Under the pieces are notes generated by a model. That model made no database searches and was not told where the DNA came from. It was given only the letters and a program-made list of their open reading frames with translations. Shown here one piece after another: positions 1 through 16,000 of a stretch of 64,000 nt of DNA (position 1 is its first letter; each line of letters starts with the position of its first letter). Source of the stretch: the human T2T-CHM13v2.0 reference genome, Homo sapiens; the NCBI RefSeq assembly GCF_009914755.1, contig NC_060927.1; one strand, written 5' to 3'. The position numbers and the translations under genes are program-made.

Positions 1-403
1 AGTAGAAAGCTCTCTTATTGCTTTGGGCAAGTCACTTCGCCATTCTTATCTAAATGTAAGATGAACAACTGCTGTCTTGCTAGGATTAAAGAGTACATGT
101 CTGGTGGAGCAAGAAATAATATTAAGAGGATATAGCATCCCATAGCCTCCCCTTGTAGGGAGAGTTGTACAAGGAGTGAGCAGAGTTCCCAGGACAGCCT
201 GTGTCTGTCTGTTTGGGAGAAATCACAGCAAGGTCAAGCTCTCAATTCAGGGAACTGTTCTTACTTGCAAGTTCTACAAATGGGAATTTTAGGTTCTAAA
301 GTTTTATTTTCTTAGAGATGAGGTGAAAGATAAAGGTGGAGGGAAAGATCACAGGGGCAATGCCACAAAGCTCAAACAAGACCAAATAATCTCTCAACCT
401 CCA

Positions 404-2870
404 TTTATTTATTCTCTTATTATTATTTTTAGTTGACACATAAAAATTGTACATATTTATGGAGCACAGTGTGATATTTTGCTACCTGTATACAATGTGT
501 TGTGATCAAATCAAAGTCATTAACATATCCATCACCTCAAACATTTATCATTTCTTTGTGTTGGAAACATTCAAAATACTCTATTCTAGCTATTTGAAAA
601 TATAGAACAAACAATTGTTAACTATAGTCTCCCTACAAAGCTACAGAACACTAGAACTTATTCCTCCTATCTGGCAGTAATATTGTGTTTATTAACCAAA
701 CTCTCCGTATCCTCCTTTCCCTCCCACTCATCCCAGCCTCTAGTTACCACTATTCTTTTCTCTGCTTCTATGAGATCAACTGATTTAGCTTCCACATATG
801 AGTGAGATAAATATGAGTATTTATCTTTCTGCACCTGGCTTATTTCACATAATATAATGTCCACCAGGCTTATCCATGTTGCCACAAATGACAGTATTTA
901 ATTCTTTTTTAGGGCTGAATAATATTCCATTGAGTATCTATAACACATTTTCTTTATCAATTCATCTGTTGATGAACACTTAGGTTGATTCCATATCTTG
1001 GCTAGTGTGAATTGTGCCGAAATAAACATGAGAGTGCAGGTATCTCTTCAACATATGATTTCCTTTCCTTTGGATATATAATCAGTAGTGAAACTGATGG
1101 ATCATATGGTAGTTCTAATTCTAGTTTTTTGAGAAACTTCCATACTATTCTGCATAATAGCTGTACTAATATACATTCCTACCAACAGCATATGATTTTC
1201 CTTTTCTCCACATTCTTGCCAGCATTTTTTTTTGTCTTTTTGATGGTAGCCAGTCTAATGGGTAAGATGGTATCTTATGCCTTGTTTTTGTTTTTTTAGA
1301 GACAGGGGCTTCCTGTTGGCCCGTTGTATGTCTTCTTTAGAGGAATATTTATTCAGATCATTTGCCCATTTTTAAATTGGATTACTTGTTTTGTTTTTGT
1401 TTTTTTTGTTTTTTTTTTTTTGCTGCTGAGTTGTTTGAATTCCTTGTATATTCTGAAAATTAATTCCTTGTTAGATGAATAATTCACAAATATTTTCTCC
1501 CATTCTCTAGGTTGTCTCTTTACACTGTTGATTAGCTCCTTTGCTGTGCAGAAGCTTTTAGTTTAATATAATTCCATTTGTCTGTTTTTGTTTTTGTTGC
1601 TTGTGCTTTTGAGGTCTTTCCCATAAAATCTTTGTCCAGACCAATTTCCTGAAGCATTTCCCCTGTTTTCTTCTAGTAGTGTCATAGCTTCAGGTCAGGT
1701 CTTACATTTAGGTCTTTAATCCATTTTGGGTTGATTTTTGTACATGATGAGAAATAGGAATATAGTTTCATTTTTCTGCACATGGATATCCAGTTTTCCC
1801 AGAACTATTTATTGAAGAGAATTCCCTTTCCCCCAGTGAATGTTCCTGGAACCTTTGTCAAAAATCTGTTGGCTGTAAATATGTGAATTTATTTCTAGTC
1901 TATTCCATTGATCTATGTGTCTGTTTTTATGCCAGTATCACACTATTTTAGTTACTATATCTTTGTAGTATATTTTCAGGTCAAGTAGTATGATATCTCC
2001 AGCTTTGTTCTTTTTGCTCAAGATTGCTTTGGCTATTCTGGGTCTTTTGTGGTTCCATGTAAATTTTAGGATTGTTTTCTCTATTTCTGCAAAGAATGTA
2101 ATTGGAATTTTGATAGGGATTACATTGAATGTATAGATTGCCTTGGGTAGTATAGTCGTTTTAACAGTATTAACTCTTCCAATTTGTGAACATGAGATGT
2201 CTTCCTATTTTTTGTGTGTTCTCTTCAATTTCTTTCATCAGTTTCATAATTTTAATTGTAGAGATTTTTTACCTTCTTAAATTTATTTATAGGTGTATTA
2301 TGCCATTTTTGCATTGCTATAAAGAAATACCTGAGGCTAGGTAATTTATAAAGAAAAGAGGTTTAATTGGCTCATGGAGCTGCAGGTTGTACCGAAAGCA
2401 TGGTGCTGGCATCTGCTTCTGGTGAGGGCCTCAGGGAGCTTATAATCATGGTGGAAGGCTAAGAGGGGGAGAGGGAGTGTATTACAAGGCTAGAGGGAGT
2501 AAGAGAGAGAGAAAAGGGAGATCCCAGACTCTTTTAAACAACCAGCTCTCATGTGAACTGAGTGAGTGAGAACTCTTATCACCAAGGAGATGATGCCAAA
2601 CCATTCATGAGGGATCCACTTGATGATCCAATCACTTCCCACCTGGACCCACCTCCAACATTGTGAATCACATTTCTACATGAGATTTGGAGAGGACAAA
2701 CATCCAAACCATATCACTTGGTATTTAATTTTTTGTGGCTATTGTAAATGATATTGCTTTCATGATTTATTTTTCAGCTAGTTTGTTGTTATCGTATAGA
2801 AATGGTACTGATTCTCGTATGTTGATTTTGTGTCCTGCAACCTTAATGAATTTATTGATCAGTTCTAAAA
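404..2870 (-). mobile_element. L1 (L1MA-like) 3' fragment, interrupted by a MaLR LTR
   Basis: Typical reverse-oriented L1M 3' UTR/ORF2-end sequence (ttgacacataaaaattgtacatatttatgg...; ctttgctgtgcagaagctttt; gatagggattacattgaat). Boundaries approximate. Confidence 0.85.
2294..2716 (-). mobile_element. MST-type MaLR solo LTR nested in the L1
   Basis: Begins tgtatta...ctataaagaaatacctgaggctaggtaatttataaagaaaagagg and ends ccaaaccatatca, the reverse complement of the TGATATGG...TAATACA MaLR LTR. Confidence 0.85.
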
Positions 2871-5800
2871 GGGCTTCTCTTTTTAACTCATTTATTTTTT
2901 CAAGGTGAAGGCTGGGCTAAAGATGACCAAACATTTTTCACCATGGTCTCCTGCATAGGTGGTCTAGTGCTTCACTTTGGAACTCAGGGGTACTTAAAAA
3001 CAACAGTTGCTGTTCAGAGCCTTTGGACTTGAGCTAAAAGTGAGACTAAAAGTGTCCCATTTCAATAACCTATTTCACATTTTAGAATAAGGTTCTGAAA
3101 TCATATTTGGGCAATATCAAAGGCTCACTTCAAACTGTCTAGAGTCAGGGAAAACCAGTGTGTGGCAGAGAGGAGAGGTTGAGGACCATGTGCTCTTTAG
3201 GGAGGGTTCTCTCAGGGTAGCTACAGGGTGGAGGAAAATGCATTGCCTTCAGAGACATAAAGCTCCATTCTTGGGTCGGAGTTTTGAAGAAGGTTCAATT
3301 TCTCCAGATAGAAGAGGTTTTATTGACTTGGCTCAGTGCATGAATTCCTTTCTAGTCTCTTGAATCTGTTCTGTTCTGATTCAGAATCAGTTTGGCCAGT
3401 GCCCTGATCCAGAAAGCATATTCCCTATAAACTGCCCTGTGAAGACCACTCTTTCTTTAAGCTTTGACAGATCAGATGCAGACACCAGCCCTTTTTTTGC
3501 CTCTCTTTTCAAAGAGTCATCAGATTTTAGTTTTTCTTCGAAAAAAAACAAAAAGAAAGCTCATATTTCCCAAGTCATTTATACTCATCATGAACTATAG
3601 CCATCTGTGTATTAAATGCAAAGGGATGGATGGATATAACCACACAAGGCATCACATGTTCACAAACACACAATGAGGTGAATTAAGTAAATGCTCTGTT
3701 AGTTTTCTCTCCCCAAACCATCTTCTCCATCAATGCATTATGCAAAGAACCTCTCACGATGACAGATCACAGAACTTCAAAGCTAGATGGGGTCTATAGA
3801 CTATCTGCTGAGACCTGGCCCAAGTGATTTTATCTTTCTGAGTCTCAGGTTCTTCCTCAACAAAATGGGATTCAAATATTCCCACCTAAACAGTTACTGT
3901 CAAGATTAAGTATATGCTTAATTAATATCAATCTGCTCATTTGCATTGAAGAAACTGAGATCTCAGCAAGGACAAGAGATGTCAAAGGTTAGTGACTGTG
4001 ATGGGACCAAAAAAAAACAATGTCTCCTGCATCCTAATACATGCTCTGTAAGGCAAATGGAACCAGGCTGTCCTCAGACATTCAGCAAACCTTTAAGATA
4101 TGTGACTCATGATCCATACTAAGGATGACATCATTTCATTTATGATTATAAGTTTCCAGTCCTCTGAAGAATGATAGTCCTCTATCTCCAGGCATCAAGC
4201 TGAGAGGATTCTCTGCAGCTCAGAATATGAAGGACTGATCAAGATTCAAGATGATTCCTCTAAGCTTCAAAGCAGTACAGTTATAAACCACCACCACCAC
4301 AAGCTTCTGAAGTTAAATAAATAAACAACTTAAGGTAGATAAATCACAAACAGCTGACCTGAAGTAAAAATTGTGCCTAGGTCTAGGCCTATTTTTTATT
4401 AGTGTTAACAGCAACTCCTCTGATGAAACCAAATTCTTGCATTATACCAGTGTTGTAGCCTCCATCTTGATCCTTGCCTCTTAAAAAAAAAAATCTGATA
4501 TCAGCTGGGTTGAACCATAGGATACTGTCAATATTAAACTATTATGGGGCTCTAAAAATAGCAATTTTATTTGGTTAAATATATAATATGTTAGTGTCTA
4601 AAGTGGTGCCTTTGCTTGTTAGATAATCATTCTTCTTTTTTACATAAAAGTATAACATATTTACTGGAAATGTGAAAAATTAAGAACAAAATTGCATGTA
4701 ATTCCACTAAATAATACAATTATTTTGCATGTTTTTTCTCAGTATTTTGCAAGCATATTTAAAATATTTATAATTGTTAATAATATTCAAGCTTTTAATT
4801 ATGCCTAAAAACTTCACTCCTAACCTGTTTCCTCATCTAGAATAAGAAGGAACTGCACTGGATTACCTCTAAGGCTTCTTTTGCTTTTATCTTTTTTATC
4901 TTTTGCTTTTATCTCTGTGGCCAGATTAATTTGAGTACATTTTATCTGATCAAAACATTAATTTCTAATAAGCATATTTTTATCTTTACCCCTATGGCTT
5001 ATTGTTCATGCAGTACAACTATTTGCTTACAACTTTCAAAGTTCTAGGGAACATTTTGCAGGAAAAAAAGTTTAATGTGAGCTACCACTTTTGGCATGTG
5101 ATCCAATTTAGAAAATTAAAATATTGATCAACCAAAATTGTTTTCACTCAGAACAAATAGTTGTATTAATTTCTTTGACATAAAATGCATATTTTTTAAA
5201 ACATTGATGGCCTACATTACTGAAACAACTGTCCCCAAAATGTTAGAATCTGGGCCTATTTGAGAAGAAACCTGGGCCATTTTCAGTTTGTGTTACTGTT
5301 TCAAATTCACAAGTTATTCTACACCCATTATCCCACGTCAAGCTTTGAAAGAATTTCACAACATCCATATCATTTCTCACTTTACAGAAGGAAATTGAGT
5401 ACTCAGGGAAACAAAGTGGACCTGCAGCATTTATAGGGAGCCACCTGTGTGCTAGGGATACAGGGAGTATGTACGAGAGCTGCCTGTGGCGGGTGAGCGC
5501 TGGGGAGGCATCATTAGGTTAAAGAATAATGATTATTTCAACCTGGAAAGGAGCGCAGAGGGAGGACTTAACAAAGTCTTTCAATAGTTTAGTCAGTTTT
5601 TCTAAAAGTTTGTGATTGAGAGCTAATGAAACTAATACAAAGGCCCTGGCTCACTGAAGGAGGCTAGGACCTGGACCTCAGCATTTTTGCCAAATTTCCC
5701 AGGCGATTCTGATTCATGGTGGTGGAGTGGGGCGGAGGGGAAAGAGGGAGAGGAAGAGAGAGAGAGAGTAGATATCATACTAGCTATCTGTTTGCTTATG

Positions 5801-5920
5801 TACTAAGGCAAATAACTAAAGATTATAGCATGAAGCACTTGGGTTAGATAAAAAAGCAAAAGAGGAAATATAGGAAGACGTTTGTATCCATTGAAATGGC
5901 TTACTTGGGAATAGTATAAA

Positions 5921-6032
5921 GCAGTGTGTGTCAGCATTACTTGAAAGGCTGCTTAAAACACATATGCAGACTTTGTAATTTACTAAGTCTGGGGTGAGGC
6001 CCTGGGATTTGCATTTGTAACAAGTTTCCAGG

Positions 6033-6067
<35 letters not shown>

Positions 6068-6295
6068 CAGGAGCTACACCCTGAGACCATTGGTGTAGAC
6101 AAGCACGTTGGTTCTAAATCCTGGCTGCACACTAGAATCATCATCTGGGATGAGTTTTTAAATTATTATCGATGCTGGGGCCTCACCCCCAAGAGATTCT
6201 AATATAATAGAATTTCAGTGGAGCCTGGGCCTGGATAGTTTGTAAAGCCCCCACTCCAGGTGTTTCTAATATGTAGTCGGAGTTGAGAACCACTG
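5921..6295. mobile_element. Two adjacent MER5-family (hAT-Charlie) MITE remnants
   Basis: MER5 motifs ctggggtgaggccctgggatttgcatttgtaacaagtttccaggtg and ctggctgcacactagaatca...gttgagaaccactg. Confidence 0.65.
6035..6064 (+). repeat. (CTG)10 trinucleotide repeat
   Basis: Ten uninterrupted CTG units read directly. Confidence 0.95.
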
Positions 6296-7199
6296 GGATT
6301 AAGGCTTCTGGAAAACTAGGGAAGGAGCCCAGACCAGGAGAGTCACATTCAGTACTGGGTTATCAGGTTTAATCACATTTGTCTGAGTCTCCTTTCCCAG
6401 AGGCAGGTGATGCAGTGCACTAAACTATCTTTCTAACATCCTTTCCTCACTCAGAATTGTTATTCTGCCTAGGAGGCTTTTAAAAGGCATCTCCATGTTA
6501 TGCACTTAACAGTATCTAGAAGACAGTTGATTTTTCCTTTCAGCAATGCTGCCCTCTAGTGTTCTTAATTATTCAAATCATGTAAAAACCCACCTTGGCC
6601 ATCAGTATGGTTGTTTCCTATTAGTAAGCTAAACGAATTTTTCTCTGAAATAGAATTAAATTTTAATTCATGGCAACATGAATCTCCAAAACTGCAGCCT
6701 CTTGGTTCTCCTGCAATTTCTCCCTGCTTTTGATGTTGCAGCCTCCTTCCAGGACAAGAACTCACAGAGTTCCCTTTTCCCAATTCCACCAAGCTTTTCT
6801 CTTCAGAGTCAAAACTAAACAATGAGGAAAAAACTACCAGCAACAAAAAGACCTGAGGCATTGGAGTGCCTCGCAGAGGCTCTCCTCACCTTTTTCTCAT
6901 TTCTGCTACACATCTCATGCCTCCTTTTACACTTGGTTCACAGTTTATTGAGACTAGAATTCATCAAACAGGTGCTGCCATGTCTTCCCATGATGGTTCT
7001 ACAAACCTCCCTGGGTCCCATCATCTTGACAAAAGTGTCCTTCTTACCTCTAGGGGCTCTGTCCCTCCTCCCTCTCCCTTTATCAAGTCTCTCTCCCTCT
7101 TCCTTCCCAGCCCCGAGGCCATTTCATCAATAACTCCCTCTTCCTAGGTCACTCCAAATGGCACACAGGCTTACTCTTAATGTCCCGTGACCCTGAATA

Positions 7200-8930
<1,731 letters not shown>

Positions 8931-9587
8931 TGTTGTATAATTAAATGCATGTGCAGGAAGAGTCACAACTTCCACTCCATCTTCACTGCTTTTGTCAAGG
9001 ACTCCCACGTGCCCAAGCCACCTGTCAGCATTCTGTGCCTGTCTTACTTGATGGCAGAGACAGAGTTAAGGGAGAGGCCAGGTCCAGTTTATTCTCTGTT
9101 AACCTCTTCTGTGTTTATCAGCATGTTTGATTCACCACAGTATCTCCAGCACCCAGAACAGCAGACACCTAGTAGATACTGTTGATTGGCTGAACTCCCA
9201 GCTCTGAATGACACAGGATGTGAAGGGAAAGGGAGCTGGTGCAGTGATGGAGACATCTAAAGACAGAATCTATCTGGGGCAGAGATTCATATCATTGTTT
9301 TCAACTTCTGGAACTGTTTATCATAGGCACGCATCTCCATTTGTATAATGAAAGAGAAGAAAAGCGGTTCCTTACACTTTTTTAATCATATGTTTTATAA
9401 ATGGAGAATGAACTTCATAGTTTTAGTTGCTAGGCAATAATTTGATATTCTAGAGTCTTTCTCCAAGAAAAAGAAAACTATTTTGCTTATAAGCCAGCTT
9501 TTACCTCTGTTGGACACACAATGGTGAATGAAAGCATTTCCATCTTCCAAAAAAGAAATCAAGGGCAATTAAAAATAGTTTACAGAA

Positions 9588-9945
<358 letters not shown>

Positions 9946-11020
9946 TCATTCCAAATCCTGTTCCGTATCAATCTAGACAGTGCCTGCTCATGAGAAATAA
10001 TAATAATAATAAAAAAATACATCTACTGCAACTCTACTTTGAGACAAGGATTTGGTTCTTCTGAAGGGCATTTAACTGACTGGTATTACTGAGAAATAAA
10101 AAATCCCAAGGCCTGTGACCCTTTGAAACTGTCGAGTGACCTGGCATCCTGTTAAACACTGACCTGCTTTGTAGAAGAAATCCAACCCTGTCTGTGAATT
10201 TTAACTAAGTTAAACTTGAGGGTCTCCATGCTCTCTTGTTCTGCAGCACATCTGGCTGGTGCCAAGAGGATTTGCTCAGCTCCATCCTCTGGGGAAGGGA
10301 TTCATTTTCCTGTTTAGGAAATGTGATGTCGAGCTCCATGAGGCTGATGAGCACGCTGGGTGGGACCACAAACAGGCCCCAGTGAAATCAATTATGTGGG
10401 TGTCTTAGGACAAAATTTGGTTCAAAGTGATCAAGGACAGGGTGTGTCATTGCAAGCTGTGAGCCACGGTGACTTCGGCTGTTTGTTCAGCATTTAATAT
10501 GTTTATCTTTCTGCTAAACACATTGTTGTTGAGTCACCTCTCTTAGAGACCCATTCTGTGTGAGGTCCAGCTCTGCAAGTCCAATATACAAAGACAAGCC
10601 TTTCACCTTCAATGACCTTACATTCTACAAAGTTGAAACAAATGCCTTCTCTTACTTCTCACTTTAGTCGGGAAGGTACTCAGGCTCTTAAAAAGGTAAA
10701 TCATGTATTCTTTATTAGGCCAGGAATCATCAAGCAATAAAAGTAAAGGAAGAACTTAAAATGGTCATTATATTTTCAATATCATTTAGTGTTGTTGCTG
10801 CAAATGGAAAATGGAATGTCAGTTTGCCCAAAGGTACCATCAGCCTTCAAACCATCAATATTTCCTGTCAGACTATAATGTTGTCACCAATATTAGGCTA
10901 ATTTTATTAATCAAACAAACAATTGCATTAAGCTTCTAAGCTTTGGCTAGAGGAGTAAAAATCGCATAACTTTGAAAAGTAGACAAATTCATGAAATGCT
11001 GTCTGTTTGACCTTCCACAG

Positions 11021-11106
11021 AAATTGTCCGAGCCATGACACATGTGATAAACCAAGGCATGGCGATGTACTGGGGCACCTCGAGATGGAGTGCTATGGAG
11101 ATCATG
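11021..11106 (+). CDS. KCNAB1: KCNAB1 internal coding exon (86 nt): [29 protein letters not shown]
   Basis: ccacag|AAATTG...ATCATG|gtaatt. The translation is the Kv-beta WGTSRW segment; phase 1 to 0. Confidence 0.96.
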
Positions 11107-11756
11107 GTAATTTAACTTCTATTTTTAAATGGCTATTGAGTACCTTATTATTGCTTTTCAGATGCCATGCATAAATTGCAAGATCTTTTGCAAACTTTTC
11201 TCACAATCACTATGGCACTGGAATTCTAGAATCAATTCCATCATTACAGAGATGGATATTGGAGCCGGAGCTCATCCGTTCAGAATACAACAGAGAATAC
11301 AGTGTTCTTTGGTGGCAAGAGGGTAAAGTGAATTTCACAGCTAATGAGATATATTAACAGAGTATTCTAGTTTTCTTATAAAAAACTGTATTAACTATAC
11401 TGTTTATACCAAGCTAATTACAGATACTTTTATATGTTAGTCTAAGTCTTATTTCTTTAGGAACTTAAAAATAGTTAAACTACATTTTCTTTATCGTAGT
11501 GTACAATTCACACCTTGACTAATTTGCTCTGGACTTAACTCAATCCAAACCCTCCCAAAGAATTAATAAGGGTTTCCTACCTTTCATATTGCTCTTAGTG
11601 AAATCGGTGGTGACAAATTTGCTTATTATTTGGCATCCTACATGTTTCTTGGTTTGTACTGATTTCACCAAAGTAAACATTTCTCATGCATACAAATTAC
11701 AGCGAAGCCTTATTTCTCATCAGTATAAATTTGGTTGTAATCTCATTCCTCCCTAG

Positions 11757-11877
11757 GAAGCCTATTCTGTAGCAAGACAGTTCAATATGATCCCACCGGT
11801 CTGTGAACAAGCTGAGTACCATCTTTTCCAGAGAGAGAAAGTGGAGGTCCAGCTGCCAGAGCTCTACCACAAAATAG
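11757..11877 (+). CDS. KCNAB1: KCNAB1 coding exon (121 nt): [40 protein letters not shown]
   Basis: ccctag|GAAGCC...AAAATAG|gtaatc; frame continues from the previous exon. Confidence 0.96.
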
Positions 11878-12926
11878 GTAATCTTCAAAATAAAAGCTAC
11901 TGAGTATTTTTAACAAGAGAAAGATCACTGATTCGGGGAAAAAATAAAAACAGTGTTATTGAAATGCTTTCCTAAATGTCCCTAATTAACATAGACATTG
12001 TAAGAACCATGCATTCCAGAGATTGTAGCAGAATCAAAATGTAGCAGAATCTGCATTTAGTCTACAGGGTATCACTGATGAAAGCCAAGCAGAGTTGTAA
12101 ATTGTGACTGGTATTTCAGCTGTACTCAGCAGGTGTTCAAAAAAAAAATGCATACTGAATAAAAGGAACAACCAATGAATAAGTTCATTTTTCATTGGTG
12201 CTTGCTCGAGTAAACAATGACTACCTTTCAAAAAAAATCATGGATATATACATCTGTATCCACTACCCTGGCCCTGGCACTGAGTTAGAAATGGGAAATT
12301 CAACAACTATTAAGTCGGGTACTATACATTTGTGCAGATAGAACTAATGCCTTCAGAGACAGGGGAAATATATCTATATATAATATACCCAAGAAATTTA
12401 GACATTAGGAAAAGATGAACAAGCCACATTTTCAGGCTTATTTATCAAAAGTTTCCAGAAATAACTTTCTTCCTAAGAAACAGAAGTTCATATGAGCAGG
12501 AAAATTCTGGGAAAAGGAGAAAAAGATAAAACTTCAATAACAACCGTAATAATTGTTATTATTGCTCTCACTTATTGAGTGTTTACTATGTACCAGGTGT
12601 GTGCTCCTGCTGTGTACCAGGCACTATGTTAGGTACTAAATGGACAAGGACAACAAAACTTCGTGGATGAGCCACATTTTTCAGGCTTTCTGATATGCAC
12701 TCCCAAGAACTGACAGTCCATGTTTAATTGGCTGATTAAAGAATGAAACACAATTTGTAAGCTCCTAAATTGTAATGGAAAAAAATGCATGCTGATATTA
12801 ACTCATTTATCTGGCCAGCTTTTCCCTATAACCTACCAAATTCTGTTTAAACACTACTGCCCCCACCGCCACCCACCTTTTGATCCCAATTTGCACAAGC
12901 AACTTTCTAAGTTTTTTCTTCTGTAG

Positions 12927-13021
12927 GTGTTGGCGCAATGACATGGTCTCCACTTGCCTGTGGAATCATCTCAGGAAAATACGGAAACGGGGTGCCTGAA
13001 AGTTCCAGGGCTTCACTGAAG
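12927..13021 (+). CDS. KCNAB1: KCNAB1 coding exon (95 nt): [32 protein letters not shown]
   Basis: ctgtag|GTGTTG...CTGAAG|gtattt; contains the AKR NADPH-binding WSPLA motif. Confidence 0.96.
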
Positions 13022-16000
13022 GTATTTTTCTCAATGTCTAGAAAAAAGCCTGGGAGTAGGAAGGAGGGAAGAAGGTTGGTAAGAACAGCTCTGCAGCAGC
13101 CTAGGGCTTCCCAGCTCAGGCTGACTGTGTTGTCCAGGCCAGTGGCCTCTGGCAGGTTCCCCTAAGCCTTCTGGAGGTCTTGGCTCCTGGCCAGGTATCA
13201 GTCAGTCCTTCATAATCTGACTGCGTTGAATATTCTCTTCTTCTGGGGACTAGGAAAAAAGTGCCCAGTGACCTGATTGGACTTGCAGGGCTCAAATTCC
13301 TACATTGTTTTTTATTCTTATATTAAAGAAAACATTCCATCATTTGAAACTGATAAAATGCAAAATCTCTTTTCTATATAAGAGGATTCTTACATTATTT
13401 CCTTTTCTTGACAAACAAAGTGTAAGCCATAAAGGCTTAATCCATATGAGGCCAAAAGTTGTAGCTGAGTATGGTTGACACTTTTTATTGTGTGTTGGGG
13501 GCAGTGGGTTAGAAGGGAAGACTTCAGGAGACAGATACATAGCAAAGCTTCTATCACTTAAAGCAGCTTAAATTCTGCTCTGAAGCAAAAAGATATTCAA
13601 GATCATTGACACAAAATTACCTCCATTCAGGACATCTTGATGACTAATTTATTGGAGAGTACTCAAAAATCTCTCCTTATTAATAACAACATGCCTGTTT
13701 TTAAAAACTTGAGAGAATGTGTAATAACATTAGAATCACAAATTACTCTCTATTGTCAAGGGAGAGAGAATACAGGCATTTAAAAAATCAGATAAACCGG
13801 AGTCCTTCTAAGAGGAAGTATAAGCCTGACACAACTTCTTGCCTCCATCAGCACTAAATTATTGGGAAAACAGCTCAAGTCAAGTCTGAACCACCAATCC
13901 TTTAATCATTGTGGCTGTGGCCACTGTGAGCTTCCCTAATCAGAACATTTTCAAGGCTCTAGGCCTTTGACTTTCCTTTCTCTGTGTAACAGTTGAGCTT
14001 TTGCTTGTTTGTTCTCTAAAATAATACAACATGAATACGTCCTAAAGCCTGATGACATGGTCCTATTTCTAGTTTTGTATTATTACAAAAAACAATTTTC
14101 CTAGAATATTAAATAAGGTCTTGCTTCTGAAAATTAAAGATTGTTCTGAAACAAGTCTAAACAAGTCAGCAAAGACAGACTAAAAGCATCTTAGGAAAGA
14201 AGGTATAAAAAGAGGAAGGCAAGAAGGGAGTGAAGAAGGAAGGAAAGGAAGAAGGGAAGCACTGAGAATTACAATTTTACTAAGTACCTACTATGTGCCA
14301 AGCACTGAGCTAAGTGTTTTCATTCATCAACTTTTATTCTCACAAACAGAATGGATACAGGTGACTTTTAGTCAGTTGAGCTAAGCATGTTGTCATATGT
14401 TCTTTCAGAGGCTTGCTGAAAAATTCAAAGCATTTCTATATATGCAGAGTGTTTGTTCTCACAATAACCTGCTGAGAGGCAGACCATTTTCAGATGCAGG
14501 AACTAAAACACGAAGACCTTAAATAACAATCCAAGACCATAAACTCGTAACAGAAAAGGCTGATATTAGAACCCAGGTCTCCTGGCTCTCAAGTTAATTG
14601 CCTCCCTCAAAGACATCTTTATTTCTCTTTAAACCCAGGTTTTTAAAGGAGGAAGAAGTAGCTATGATGTATTTGGAGTGCATGATTGTCTAACCTCCAT
14701 CACTGTTTGAGAAAAGCTTGCAAACAGCTGAAAAATCTTTCACAAATTCACTAGTGAAAGGAAAAAGAAAAAAAGAAAGAGTAATGAATGTTTGAAGGTG
14801 GCTAAGCCCAAAAGCAGCTTGGGAAATATTTCTATTGGTGACTTTTATAAAGTCAACTCTGTATCTACTGGAACATCCTTAACAATAAACATTAAGAGCT
14901 CTCAACAGATGAAAGGTGGCTGATCACAAAGTATGCTTCTTTAGAGCTCTGCAGACTCTCAAGGCTCTACATTATCAATCTGAGTGTTTTCGGAGTAATA
15001 TATGTGCACTTATGAAAGCCACTTGAGTATCGTTACCAGAGCAAAAAAATAAAAAGTAAAGGAGGCAAGTATCAGAGCAACCTTTGGAGTGAATGAGGAT
15101 GCCATGAAAGAGAAAGAGAAAGAAAAGAAAAGAAAAGAAAGAAGGAAGGAAGGAAGGTTAATTAAATTAAAAGATAGATATCTGGGCAAGTAGATAAATA
15201 AATTGGTAACGTTCATCCCACCCTAAAAGAGAATAAGTAAATAGTTTGTGTTTCACATTGGCTATTGTTATACTGATAAGATTAAGATGTTAATATTTTG
15301 CATCTGTTGTAGTACTGAACTGCAATTGAAGGATAAATTAACTCAGCATAAAAAATACCTATCTAGGGCTCTTTTAGAAAGTAACACTCTTTTTCTGGAT
15401 TTTCTGGGCCCCCTCCTCTGGCCCCACTACTCTAACAATGATTTCTAAATTTGTGTTATCAGCTCTGACTTCACTGCTGAACTGCACAGCACTCCTTCTT
15501 TGTGTCTATTAGACATCTCCAAGTAGAAGTCCCATGGGCATCAGTCATGCCTAATGGAATCTATCCTCACCCCCAGAACCTGCCATTCCTTCTTGCTTAA
15601 CAGTGCCTCCACCCATCCATCTGGTTGTCTCAGTCAGAAGCCAAAGCATTACCTCAGACTGCCTCCTTTCCTTCCTTATTCCTGTTCAACAAGGCACCAA
15701 ATCCTCCAGACTCTATCTTGACTCTAAGATCCATCTTGTGCACAGCCCTTGTTTGGATCTTCACCATTTCTTACAAGATTTACTGTAGTAGCCTCCCATC
15801 TGGACTCTGATTTCCTCCCCTTTTCTCAACAACCCACCATTGTGACTACTTAATCTTTTTAAAATATTAATCTGACCATATCATAACCCTGCTTAAAATC
15901 CTCTAATGATTTCCCAATCATTGCTTATAGGACAAAGCCATAACTTTGTCATAAAGCATTCAAGGAAATTCCCTTGGGATCTAAGTTGAGCCTATTTTTT

